64,000 nucleotides of DNA, from assembly GCF_009914755.1 (NCBI RefSeq), contig NC_060930.1; one strand, written 5' to 3'. The first letter of the stretch is position 1; each line of letters begins with the position of its first letter. Both the position numbers and the translations under genes were made by a program. Source of the DNA: the human T2T-CHM13v2.0 reference genome, Homo sapiens. Positions 42,189-57,442 of the stretch are shown one piece after another. The notes beneath the pieces are model-generated. The model saw only the letters and a program-made list of their open reading frames with translations. It had not been told where the DNA came from and did no database searches.

Positions 42189-44708
42189 GCCTGTCTTTTT
42201 GTTGGTAGTCATCCTACTGGGTGTGAAGTAGTATCTCATTGTGTTTTTTCAGTAGTGGTAAACTACACATAAAATACAATTGACCACTGTAACCATTTTT
42301 AACTGATGTGGAGTACATTTACATTGTTGTGTAGTCATCACCACTATCCATCTCTAGAATATTTTCATTTTCTCATACTAAAACTCTATACCCATTAAGC
42401 AATAGCTCCCTATTCCTACGTTACGGTTCTGATTCGCATTTCCTGGTTGGCTAATGATGTTGAGCATCTTTTCATATATTTATTGGCCATAAGTATATTT
42501 TCCTTGGAAAAGTGTCTGTTCAGATTATTTTCCCATTTTTAATTGGGTTGTCTTTTTATTATTGAGTTGTAGAAGTTCTTCATAAATTCTAGATATAAGT
42601 TCCTTACCAGATATGTGATTTATAAAAGTTTTCTCTCATTTTCTGTGTTGTCATGTTACTTTGTTGATGTTGTCCTTTGAAGTACCAAATGGTTTGAATT
42701 TTGATGATATCCAATTTATTTTTTCTTTTGTTGTTTTTGTTGTTTGTGCTTTGGCATTACATCTAAGAAATCAGTGTCTAATCTAAGGTTCATATAGATT
42801 TATGGCTGTGTTTTCTTCTAAGACTTTTATAGTTTTAGCTTACCCTCAACTTTTTAACAGACTGCTTCCTCTGCATGTTCTGACTTTTCTCTAGAAATAT
42901 GGCTTCTTATTCAGTCCATGTGCTACAAGAGTGGATGCAGTGCTTTTGAGCTTTTATATTTTTAACTGCATAGGAAAACATTTTTCTTTATGGTTTCATC
43001 ATGGAATTATCTTATATTTTATTCATTTTATTGTCTGTCTTCTATCCTTAATTGATATCTTGGTCATTCACCCACATCCAGTAGGAAATTTGACCAACTC
43101 TTTCTTATCCTATTCATGTCTGTATTATCTTTGGCAATCTGAGTGTCTGGATATAATGTCTTGGCAACATTGTCACCTCTCACTTCATCATACATCAGTT
43201 CCAGCAGTCATCACCTACACCTTGTTTCAGCAACCTATTCCCATTGCCAGATACTGGACCTTACTATTCTTCAGAAATACTAAATGCCTGTGTCTGTACT
43301 CTGGTTATAACTTTCTGTCCTTTTTCTTTTCTCCTTCCTTTTTTTCCCCTTCATTTTTTTCTTTCTCCAACCCCCAGCCACTTCATTTCTTCTTTTCTGG
43401 CTCTATTTCTTTCCCTGTTTAACCTATTTGCCAAACTTCGTCTCATCTAAAATGCATAGTTAACTTTCCTTGTTCCATTTTCTTTCTAGTCCATTCCACA
43501 AATCTCTTAGTGTTGTTTCATCAGTCCTTTCAACCATCCTGGTATAATTTAGATGCTCAATAATTGATGAGTGAATAAATGGTGGTATTAACAAACCTTG
43601 GGTCAGTCTGTTTGTCTGTTTGGCTCCTACTGTAGAACTGCTGGGACTTGAGAAAAATTATAGCTCTACTTGGAGTTATTGTTATAAATTCATGGTCTCA
43701 TATTTCAACTGGTGTCCCAATATTGTGTGGTGAATTTTATGTGTTCTTAGTCATCACTGTCTCTTGTTGTCTGTAATAGGTATTTGAAAACATTCATTCT
43801 GTTATTTTATGATATGCTTTCTAACTCTTAGCAGATGAACTTCTGGTTACTTTACTGAGAAAAATTGAGGGCAACAGGTGGGAATTTGCTTAGATTCTCC
43901 CTGACCTCTACAAGAGTACTAGCATCTTTTCCCATGCTTTACCCCTAACCTCTTCTTTCAGGAGACGAAGAGTTGGCCCTTTTCTCACTCTGACTTGTTC
44001 TCTATTCATGTTTTAGATTTTGCTCGGTCTACTTCCTGAAGATCATTGCTCCATCACTTGTTTTTCAGTCTACAGCTCCTTTGCCTACTGCCTTTCTCTG
44101 CTCAAACTGCAAAAAAAGAAATAAATAGTTACTTGTACGAACCTAAACCAAAATGTAATATATTCAATATTCTCTAGCCATCAAGAGCCTTTCTTCTCCT
44201 TCCCTTTCTCCCCAGCTTTTTACTGAGTACAAATTAACTCTCTCTGTTTTCTTACGTATAATTCATTACTACTGAACTCACTGCTTTCCCTAAGTTTGAT
44301 TCCCGTATTGTTAAATCAAACATATTCATTTTAGTCTGTATACTTATGTCTCTGTAGTATTTGACACTGTTGGTCACTTCCTCCTCTTTGAAATCTTTGT
44401 TCTGCTGGCTTCTTCAATCACATTCTGTATGGAAGCCACATGGGCTCTTATAATAAAACCAGGGCCTAATGGTTCCATTGTTTCCTGGTAGATGCATCTC
44501 CGGTTGGGTAGGTTTGTTGGGGGCTGAAAACCTAATGTTGTCTGAGATTTACTTACCTTTGGCAGTTTCTCAGTAATTATTGTTGCTGCTGCCATCATGT
44601 TGGGCTGAGTGGTCAGACGTAGAATGGAGTTCAGGTCTGCTCTCACAAGCCTTTCCTCATTTTCTGTAAGATACTGAGACCAAAGGAATATTTTTAAGAG
44701 AATTACCA

Positions 44709-44865
44709 TTTCCTTCCTTCCTTCCTTCCTTCCTTCCTTCCTTCCTTCCTTCCTTTCTTCCTTCCTTCTCCCCTTCCTTCCTTCCTTCCTTCCTTCCTTC
44801 CTTCCTTCCTTCCTTCCTTCCTTCCCTCCTTCCCTTCCTTCCCTCCTTCCTTCCTTCCTTTCCTT
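44709..44865. repeat. (TTCC)n microsatellite
   Basis: ~155-bp pure pyrimidine tract replacing the tail of the adjacent Alu. Confidence 0.95.
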
Positions 44866-45135
44866 ACTGTGTTGCCCAGGCTTGAGTGCAGTGGTGTGAT
44901 CTCAGCTCACTACAACCTCCACCTCCCATGTTCAAGTTATTATCTTGCCTCAGCCTCCTGAGTAGCTGGGACTAAGGCATGCACCACTACACCTGGCTAA
45001 TTTTTGTATTTTTAATAGAGATAGGGTTTCACCATGTTGGCCAGGCTGGTCTCGAACTCCTGACCTCAAGTGATCTGCCCCCTCCTAGGCCTCCCAAAAT
45101 GCTGGAATTATAGGCATGAACCACTGTGGCCAGCC
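44866..45135 (-). mobile_element. AluS/J
   Basis: Alu dimer ~1.35 kb upstream of the 49-bp exon. Confidence 0.9.
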
Positions 45136-46489
45136 AGCCATTACATTTTTAATAAAGTTTTTTAAACAGGTTCCTCTTGTCTCAGTTGAGTTCATTGCAG
45201 AGTTGTATAATAATGAAAGAATAGAAATTTTTTCATCAATAGAGGTATGGATGCATGCATCACATCATGCATCCATACAGAGAGATAGTAAGGTGAATGA
45301 AATAGACCTATAGACAGACAATATATAGAAAAAACATCAAGGCACAGGTGTATTTTATACATATGTATAACCCCCTACCAAAGACCCCGGGACCTCACTG
45401 TGTTGCCCCAGCTGGTCTTGGTCTATTTTGTATATCTTTTTTATATATTTATTTACACACACACACCCTCTATCATTTGTAAAAGAAGGATAAAACTATA
45501 GAACAGACCTATATGTAAATGTTTGATGCCAGAAAATGTCATGGTATCTGCTCATCACACTATTATTAGTGGTTTCATCTGAGGAGTGGAAATACAGCAT
45601 GAAAGATGTTATGATTTCTTTCAACTGACTTCCATTTTATATTCTATTTTGTTTGACTTTTTTGTGATATTTCTTCTGTAATAAAACAACGGTAATTTAA
45701 GGACTTTTAAAGAAGAATCGACTTTGACTTATTCTTTTTTTAGCTTTGTGAATCATAATATTACTTTGCTTTTTTTCATTTTCCTTTTAAACTCTAGCCA
45801 TGCTTACTCATTCTCAGTGGGTTTCTCCAATCATAATCCTGTTTAATCATAACCCCAGGAGTCATCCTTGGTTCTCTAGGAAGCATTCCTGCATCACTTG
45901 GTCTGATTTTATTACCTTTCCTCTGTGTTCCCATGGCAAAGCTTCCTTAGTCTCTGGTGTATAGAACAGAAGCTGTATTATTTGACTTTGTATTTCATGG
46001 ACCTGAGTACAGTACCCAGCACATGGTAGAAATTCATCAAAAGGGTTTTGAGTATTAAAATAATAAAGATAGAATTTGGAACAGATCTCCTTAATACTAG
46101 CATGTTCTTTTTGTGTAGCTTGTCGTTTTATGCCATTTTTTTTCCTGAAGCTCTGTGTGAGAAGACATGTGTTAATTAAACTTAAGTTTGTGTCTCAGGA
46201 TATGTTGAGTATATGTTGATAGGCTATCCTAAAACAACTCCAGGCAGTTTATTTAAATGCAATATGATATCTTCAGTTATCATTGGAGGACAGGAGGGTG
46301 ATAATTTCATACTTCATTGAAACACAAAATATTAATATAGGATATTTTTTATAGTGTCTCCAAATACATTAAAGGAAACCTGCATTGATGTGCTTAGAAA
46401 ATGTGTAACATTGACTCAAGCATGAGGATAAACACAAATTTTGTTTCTTCGTGTAAATTACTTGTGTAATCGTTTTTTTTTTTTTCCAG

Positions 46490-46538
46490 GTTCAGCAGAT
46501 AGATCGTGTGGTAGAAGTTGTGGAGGAGACAATTAAAG
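46490..46538 (+). CDS. CDKAL1: CDKAL1 internal coding exon (49 bp; probably canonical exon 7)
   Basis: Acceptor T13-ccag and donor AAG|gtaatc. Reads VQQIDRVVEVVEETIK(G), continuing the previous exon in phase 0. Confidence 0.97.
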
Positions 46539-46747
46539 GTAATCGTTGAAAGTGAGATAAACAGATGTATATATTTTCTGAACTACATAGTAGAAACACC
46601 ACTCAGTTAACTCTTGCCAGGCACCTTTATAAAAGTTATTGTTTTAGATATAAAATCATAAAATGTTATCCTTGGCTTCATGAATTTGCCAGTCTAATAT
46701 TGGAGGCAGGCACTCGCTGTATATTTGTTTGGCTTATAAATGAATCA

Positions 46748-47466
<719 letters not shown>

Positions 47467-48011
47467 TTATTTGTACATTTTGTTATCACATAATTAGGTT
47501 GTTTTGTAAGTACTTTTAACAGTAATAATTTTGATGCTTGTTCAAGGTGTATTTTTTATAGTTACACTAAAAATTACACAAAGAAAGTAGAATTAAGCTT
47601 TGCTTATTTTGTTAGCCAACACTCACTGACATAGATTCTTATTGAAGTCACTGTGAAATAAACCATCTTCAACTCTGTGGTATAATTTTAAATTTTTAAA
47701 GGCTTTTTCCTATGTTTGATTAGCACAAATGAAAACCAATAATATGATACTGAAATATTAAGTGAATTGAAAGTCTCACTTAAGTACTGTTTTGTTGTAA
47801 ATGAGAAACTTATATTTTTTAAAAAACCATATAGTCTCCACGTGCCAAACTGGAAATTTTAATGCTGCACTTTTCCTTCTGGGTGGTGTCTACTACTTTC
47901 CACATGCTTCTATTCATTAATTTTGAATCATTGCCTTATCAGAGATTATTACAGAATCAATTTCTAATAAATGAGATTATGAGAATATGAGAATGAGACT
48001 ATACCTTAATC

Positions 48012-48187
<176 letters not shown>

Positions 48188-48289
48188 TGATGTTCCAAAA
48201 TAAAGTGAAATATCAGGATTAAAAATTTATAGCAATGATAATTTGAATGTTTTTACAAACTACTTCAACTCCGTCCTGGAGAATCCAGA

Positions 48290-48510
48290 AGTGCTAGCAT
48301 TTATTGTGTACCTACAGTGTGACAGCCACTATGTTAAACACTTCACATGGGTTAAGTCATTTAACCTTCATAATAGTACTGTGAAGTGAAGTGGGCATAA
48401 ATATTTTCCTAATTTTGCAGAGGACCAAGTTGAGACACAGGTGCATACAGCTAGTAAGTGACAGCATTGGGATTTGAATCCAGGCAGTCTGGCTCCAAAG
48501 CCTGTACATT
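48290..48510 (-). mobile_element. MIR
   Basis: agctagtaagtgacagcattgggatttgaatccaggcagtctggctccaaagcc. Confidence 0.8.
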
Positions 48511-48704
48511 ATACTGTGATTTATACGATACTGTTATTTCTTTGCTCTCTCACAGTTGAGATTCACTACCTTAAATGTTATTTGATTGAGTGTCTTAAGC
48601 AGTGATTTAAGATACTTGAGGGCATTGTTGCCTTATTCATCCTTTGTCTTAAGTACCAGGTATATACTGGCCACTCAATAATTTTTTAAAAAAATTAATG
48701 ATGA

Positions 48705-49992
48705 TGAAGAATATAGGAGAAAATCTAGGTGATCTTGATGTGGCGTGATTGTTTAGATACGACATCAAAAGTATGATTTATGAAAGAAATAATTGCCAAG
48801 TTGGATGTCATTAAGTTGAAAATTTTTTGCTCTATAAAAGACACTGTCAAGAGGATGGGAAAATAAGCCACAGAGTGGGAGAAAATATTTGCAAAATACA
48901 CATATGATAAAGGGCTATTATCCAAAATATATGAAGACCTCTTAAAACTCAATAATAAGAAAAGGAACAACCCAGTTAAAAAATGGGCAAAAGACCTGGA
49001 CAGACAATTTACTAAAGAAGATATGCAAATGTCAAATTAGCATATAAAAAGGTGTTTGACATCGTATGTCTGTCATTAGTGAATTACCAATTAAAGCAGC
49101 AATGCAATATAGTGGTATGTTAAAACTATACACCTGGTACAATGGTCAAAATCCAAAACATTGACAACACCAAATTCTGGCAAGGATATGGAGCAACAGG
49201 AACTCTCATTTATTGCTGGTGGTAATGCAAAATGGTACAGGTACTTTGAAAGACAGTTTGGCAATTTCTTAAAACTAAACACAGTCTTACATCATCCAGC
49301 AGGTGTGCTACTTGATATTTATCCAAATGAGTTGAAAACTTACGTCTATACAAAAACCTGTTCAGTGTTTATAGTAGCTTTATTTGTAATTACTAAAACT
49401 TAGAAGCAAAAAAATGGCCCTTTAGTAAGTAAATAGATAAAGAAACTGTGGTACATGCAGACAATGGAGTATTATTTGACACTAAAAGAAATGAGCTAAA
49501 AAACCATGAAATGACATAGAGGGACTTTAAATGCATACTATGATGTGAAAGACATCAATCTGTAAGGCTACATACTCTATGAGTCCAACTAATTGGACAT
49601 TGTGGAAAAGGTGAAATACGGAAGGAGTAAACGGATCAGTTGGTGTCAGTGATTAGAGAGTAGGGAGGGATGTGTAGGCAGAAAACAGAAGATATTTATG
49701 ACAGTAATTCTATTCTGTATGATGCTGTAATGGTGGACAATTGTCATTATATATTTGTTTAAATCCTTAGAATGAACAACACCAAGCGTGAACCCTAATG
49801 TAAACTGTGGACTCTTGATGAAAATGATGTGTCAGTGTAGGTTCATTGATTGTAACAAACGTACCACTCTGTTGTAGGATATTGATAGTTGGAGAGGCTG
49901 TGTGTGAAGTGGGGGCAGTGATATATAGAAACTGTACTTCTGCTGAGTTTTTCTTTGAATCTAAAACTACTCTAAAAAATAAAATCTATTTT
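48705..49992 (+). mobile_element. L1MC-type 3' ~1.3 kb, sense orientation
   Basis: ORF2-end motifs and 3'UTR gtgaaccctaatgtaaactgtggactct...aaaaataaaatctattt. Confidence 0.85.
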
Positions 49993-50929
49993 AGGAAATT
50001 AATGGTAATTAACAGTGTGCTTAGGAGTTTGCCAAATGGCCTGGAGAGATAAAATTTCTATGGGAAATCATACAAGACCTGTTACTCCCAGGCTGAGTTA
50101 ATCATGGATAGCTCCTTACTGATGAGCGTGGACTTGAGTGGATTTACTGGAGAGATTGTGTGTGCATTTAGCTATGAAAGTGAGTCGAAGATGAAGTTGA
50201 AGGGGATATTCATTGGCAGGTTTGGTTAGAGGATGGGAAGTTTGATAATTAAGCCTTCATAATGCAACAGGAGAATTTTTCAGATGGAAGGAATAATTTT
50301 GATAGCTTTCCTTAGTTTGCAGATCAGGAAGCTGAGCTGTGAAGGAGTTACATGATGTTTTTGAGATCTCTTAGTTAATAGAGAACTGTGCCTATCAGTC
50401 AACTTCTGTTCTTCGCTTTCTATGTCTACTGCCAGTACTTCATTCAGACAGCATATGTCACTGAAATAATGTGGTTGTTACAGCAGTTAGCCAGTTGTTG
50501 GTTGTCTTTCAGCAAGTTATTTTTCTGAGGCTTAGTTTTCTCAGCTTAAAATGGTCAGGATTAAATGGATAAGACTTTTGAGGTACACAGAACATATTAA
50601 GGCATTAGTTCATGTTAATGCTTACCTCTTACTTCCTCCTTAATATAAGAACTGCTGGAATAATCTAACTGATCTTTGCCATCAGTGACTCTCCTTTCAA
50701 TCTGACTGCATATCCTGCTATCATTAACCTGGGATTATTTTACTTTCCTGTATGTATACTCTCACTGGTGCCTCTTACCCACCAAGTTAATTTGGGACTT
50801 TCTACCATTTTCACTTCTTTTGTCCATGCATGCTGTACATTATACCCTTTGCTCCAGCCAACTGTGCTGCTTGATGTTTCTTATATATTTTTTCACTGTG
50901 CTTTACATTTACTTGATGGTCCTCCACAG

Positions 50930-51382
50930 AAGTGGATATCTTCTGTTTGTCCTTCCACATCTATTCTCCATCTTGATCTGTGTCCTTGGAGGCTGACCTG
51001 TATGGATTGAATCAGTAAGATTCTTGCCATCTTATGTCCAGTTGGATTTAGCCAATTGGAGGATGTGACAAGAGAGCAAGCTAAGAGTATCCATTCCCGT
51101 CTCTCCTTCCCTCCCTGCCTATTTTGGGTTGGTTGCTTTCCTTACCCTAAGGTCACAGCTCTTGTCTGGTGACCCTCCCTGTTTATCTTTCTCCAGGTTT
51201 CTGCAGCTCTTCTCTTCCTTGCCTCTGGGATGGAAACAGCACCCCGTTGTTGCTAGCCTCAGAGTACCGCATTGTCTGTTGATTTTCCTAACCCTGCCCA
51301 GATTTTAGTAAATCGTTCCTTTATGAAAATCTTCTTAGTTATGCAGTGAGCCATCTGCTTTGCTGGTACCCTGATTGATAAG
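50930..51382 (+). mobile_element. LTR33-like (ERVL) LTR
   Basis: ggaggctgacctgtatggatt...gttggatttagccaat...ctaaggtcacagctc...ttgctagcc. Confidence 0.65.
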
Positions 51383-52865
51383 AAGTTAGCTGTGGAGAAG
51401 CAAGGCTCTGCCCAGAAGGGCCAGATGGAATACCGCCTGACAAGAGGATTTTGCTATAACCCTCTTGTTTCCACATTTGATCCCTGTTGGGCTCTCTTCA
51501 TATCTCATCTTTGAAGGGGCTTTAGACATACAGCCTCTGTCACAGCCTGTTTGCATTCTTCTTATTGCTGCTTATGTTACACCAAGTAGTATTTTAAAAA
51601 CTGTACTAATAAGGTACATTGATACTAAAAGCATTTAACTCTATTGTAATTAACATAAAACCATAAAAGCTTGTTTTCATTTATCTGTCTTGATTGTATC
51701 AAAATGGCAAATTCTTGATAAGTTATTCTGAAATGGATCTTCATCATGTTAATAGCAACAAGAAAACTCCATTCATTTGTGGTTTTGGCTTCAGGATATA
51801 TGAAATTATAATGAATTTAGGATTTTTTTCCTGTATCACTTTGATAATTTTATAAGGTGTGGAACTGAATGTAAGGAAAGAAATACAGCGTCTAGTGGAT
51901 TCACATTCATTTCCGTCTTTTAAAAATATTCATACGCACCTTAGTCTTGGCTCATATGGTCATTAAAAACTTTTTTTTGTGTGAAAACTATGAAAGGAAT
52001 ATAAATCTGCATTTCTTCCAAAAAAAGTATGTGAAATCTTCTAAACAAAATATCATTAAAAATAATCTTATCTTTGTGGAAAGATAGTCTAATTGGATAT
52101 CTTATGACAAGTTATTGCAAATAAATTTTACCTATCGACATTAGAAAAATGTTTTTACCATTACGTCATGTTTCTTTACCAATCAACCTCTGTTGAGATC
52201 CCTATTGTAATTAATATGTTTGCTGGTATTTCTTTCAGTTAGATTCCAAATGCCTCAAGTGGCGGTAATTTAGGGTTTTCCCAACGTGGTATATAATTTG
52301 CAAGTTTCACCGATTTTCTGTTTTTTCCTAACTTCTCAGTAATTGGTGCCATCTTGCACTAGACTGACCTAAATTCCCAGAGTACGTCACCAAGCAGCTT
52401 TCTTATTTAAGACATTGCTACTAATCTTCACTCTGTAAGGTTTTGTATTTTGCATGTGGTACTTATTTAGAGCATAAACTGTTCATAGGTTGAGACTGGG
52501 AAGCAGTACTGTATCAAGTGTGGTTTGATCAGTGTGAGTGACTGAATAACCACCTTACAGAGCTCAATGCAGACTTACTTGAGGATGTTTTCCAAACTCA
52601 ATGAGTAAGTGATTGAGCTTAGATATGTAGCATGGTATATCTGGGAGGGTATTGGACCACAAAAGCACATCTGCTTTTTCAATAGTTGCATTTCAATAAA
52701 ATAATTTTTATTGATTTTTAATATGTGCTTTGAAAGAACACTTGTATGCATCCTCTCATTATATGTAATCTCTGATACAGTTAGTATAGTCTGAATGTAG
52801 TGGGAAAAAGTTTGTGGATTGCCTTACATGTTAGGAATACTTTCCAGTCTCATCGGTGTAAGTAA

Positions 52866-53340
<475 letters not shown>

Positions 53341-56300
53341 GGTTACATTCTTAAATGCACTCAGTTTATCTGTTTTGCTATCCTCTTTTCTTTATATCTC
53401 CTTTAGTTTCCCCACGTTAACAATAGGATTGCAGCTTTACTTATTTGTATTCTGTACATCTACATACATTATTTCTAGGATGAACTCCTTGTTATTCATT
53501 CTCTCTCTCTTAGATAGCATTTTTCAAACCATAACATTTTCTTAAAAATAAGAGTAGGCTAATTTCTTTATGGCCCCAAACAAAAACATTGTATGATAAG
53601 ACTTTTAGTTGATTTTTTTACATCACTTCATTCTATACCTTGGTTTGGAATAATACCAGAAAGGACTTTGTAAGAGAAGCCAGCATGTGTTGTCTTGTCT
53701 GTATTTCTGTAACTTTATAACTGTATTGGCCAAATTATCAGTCCTGTTTTTAGCTACACACATACAGAGCAGCAGCAGTGTTTATCCACTACAAAATATG
53801 TAATAGATGCTCTAGAAAAAGTCTTCTTTAAACATTGTAAGTGGTCAAGTTCACTGGGTTTTTTTAAATGAAGATAGTAAGTAACTTTACATTTATCAAG
53901 TATTTTTAGCCATTAAGGCTTTTAGAACACAAATGAATGCCTAAATGAATCCCCCAAGTGGATTCTGCTGCTTTATGGTGGCTTCAGAATGGCAGAATGG
54001 TCTTACATGCTTTTTGTTCATCTTAAATTTAATTATACAGCTTTAGTGTATTTATCGCTTATATTTCCTTTTCTGATCAAAGATACATTTTTTTTAATTA
54101 TTTGAAACCACCTTTCATCATTAATGGAGTTTATTTATATGAGGACTTGGGTATTTCTCTAACTTTTGATTTCTTAATTCTGGGGTTTTGGTGGGGTGAG
54201 CTGGTGCATAGTGTTGAATAGTTCAAGTTGATAATCATATTGTAGTTTTCACATAATACACTGTTATAGTGGTTTACTAGATTTGATTGCCGTAAGCAAG
54301 GAAAGGAAATTACTTTAGGCTTGAACCTCACAGGCTTCCCATGACCCAGCACTTCTGCTAGTAGTCCCACTGACCTGTCCAGTATGGTATCCCCATCTTT
54401 CTTTGTTTAACTATTAACGAGGACTTGCCTACTCTTAATTACACTTACACATTAACTCTTGTGAATCCTGGTAGTGTTTTGGCAGATTTCATGAAGGTGA
54501 GACTACAAGTATTGTCAAATCTCTAAAAATGTATTATCATTTAGACTTTTGTGAAACTGTTAACATGAGCAAATATATGTTTGAACATCCTTGCTTTTAC
54601 ATGTGTATTTTAATCATTTTTATTTCTGGTACTTAATATTTTCAGATATGGCAACTTCTGATTCCCAGGGTTCTCGTTTCTCAACCATATTAATTTTTCT
54701 TAATAAATAAATAAAGCATCAATCCCAGAAAGAATTTGTATTATACCTAAATGTTATAGTATTTACTACAGTAGGAATTATTTAGTGAAAAAGAAAAATA
54801 CCAAGTAGATCAATTAATCATTTTGAGGCTTCCATACAAAATGTTCACTTAATGTATGTATTTTAAGAGTTTTAATATGCTTTAAAAGAAAATACAAAAA
54901 TAACATTTTTTTCATGTTATATTCTTCCTTTATTATAACCAACTTTTAAGAGAATTGGCAGTTGCTACACTGCTTTTATACACTGCATATGTATCATGTG
55001 CTTTATTACGTGACTGGAGAGATTTTATTCTTCATTAGAGAATGCACTATTTTTGGTTAGTAAAATATATTGAGAATAGATGAGACTGTAAAGTTAGAGA
55101 AAAAAATAGATACTAGCAGCTTCACTGCATTTTTCAAATGCAGGGTAAAGTTGTAGGTTAATTGTGGTATTTTCTGTTTTGCTTTGATTATTCTCAGCAC
55201 AATAGTAAATTGTATTGTATTGGTAATTCTTCTTTAGTACTTTATAGCTGATTTCCCTAAAATTAAAAATATAAAATAGAAACCAGGTCATGTTAGAAAT
55301 ACAGTATCTAAAGCTTTGATAGGACATAGAAATTATCATCTTCAATTTTTTTTTTAAAAAACAAAGATTTTATTGTTATGGAAATAATTTATTATGTCAC
55401 AGTCAAGTGAAAACTGGCACCACAAAGTAATTTGATGGCTCAGATGTAGGTAGAAAAGAAATTTAAATCTGACTTTCTCTTTTTCTTGAAAAATTGTATT
55501 TGATAATTGGAATAATTAATTAGGTGTAGGATAAACTTTTCTTTAGTGATGTTATGGATCTTTTCTTAGAAAACCTAATATTGATAATAATTGGTACAGG
55601 ATTATTACAATAATGTTTAATCGATTTGAACATTTATTTCTAATATTTGGTGATTGGCACATTTTTTCTTTTAGAAGTTCATTCTGTAACACATTATGAA
55701 GTATACAGCAGAGATGTAGCAATTACTTTGGAGATGGAGAGACTAAATACCAATTTCACTTATTAATTTGAGGGAGAGAAAACTCACTTGGAGACTTCAG
55801 TTAGGATATCAACTCTGGATATCCTCTGGATATCTGGATATTTTAAAGAAGTTTATCTCAGTACTACCATTTTATAACTAAGTATGCACTGTATTGAGTA
55901 ATAAAGAAATAGGAATTAAAATGTCCTTATAAAGGATGCTTTCTAACATTAAATCTTTATTGTAATTCTGAAAATTAAAGTGCACCATTTCTTGAAGCTG
56001 CACTGAAAAGTCAGCGCTGTGTTGGGTGCTGTTGGGTGCTGCTGTGACAGGTGAGAGTCCTTGATTGAGACTATGAAGAGCTGTGTGCAAATGCTTGTTT
56101 GTACTACTAACAATGCTATCTTTAACAGCCCATACAACCTCACTGGTTCTCAGTTTCCTGAGTTGCAAATTGTATCACATGGAAGGTCACTTCCACTCTG
56201 AAATTCTTGAAGTGCATGCGTCTGTAATATAAAATTGAGTTTCAGAGTCTGTCATTAGAATAGTTTTTGGCATTTTAGATAGTGATCTCTAGCAGAAGTT

Positions 56301-57115
56301 AATAGAATGTGACTAGCCTTTATCTCGCACCCCGATTTCTATATGCCAGATTTTACTTTTTCTTTCCTTGTGCCCTCCTTCTTACAAAATGAAGCTGAAG
56401 ATGTTTGTGGCAGAGGTACCATGCATTTTTGTTTGGTGTACCTCTATATTTTTTAGTGAAGAGGGTCTTGAGTAATGCCCAGTTCTTGGACTCTTTTGCC
56501 CTTCCTCCATTCAGTTGTAATGCAGTTCTGGGCAGTGACAGGGAGCGTGCTTCCCAGTGTTGCTCAGAAACACTGTGCCTCTTTGAAGGAGCTTTCATTT
56601 CCACCCGGGAGCATGTTTATTTTCAGGACTTTGAGAGAGGTAGTTTTAGTCTTGGTAACTTGGTTTGCCGAGAGAAAAAGTGATTTGAGGGGATTTAATG
56701 TAGGTAACATTACCTAGAGCAGTGATTCTCAAGAATGTTTGCTGGGAGAGGGATGGTGGCTGAGAGGACCCATGACCTGAGAGGGGAGATGGCAGACTGC
56801 TCAATCCAGACTATTGGGAAACTGGGAGCTGGGGAGTTGGCCCTGCAGCCACTCACCTGGATTCATTGCCATGGTAAGCCCCTGTTCTAGACAGGTAAGG
56901 ATCATATCACTCAGGCGTCCTGAGGTGGAAAAACAGCCTTGGCTCTCTGACATGGTCCCTGAACACACGTGCTTATACTCACCCAGGACCATGTACGGTT
57001 CCAGGTTCATTACCTATGCCTTTTTCCCGTAACTCACACCCGGGAAAGTACATCACAATGCAAATGAGTGACTTCACAGGGGTGACCTTTAATCTACTTT
57101 AATTTGTATATTTAA

Positions 57116-57442
<327 letters not shown>

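Larger units (their letters stand above)
40430..42845 (-). mobile_element. Old L1M (L1MC and L1MB-type) 3' fragments with nested Tigger and Alu
   Basis: L1MB terminus tttactgagatataattcacacact...taaagtgtacaattc and ORF2-end motifs. Confidence 0.75.

Noticed and set aside
42931-43450. 163-aa hydrophobic ORF
   Set aside because: Non-ATG start, pyrimidine-rich degenerate sequence (probably L2-derived), no homology recognised.
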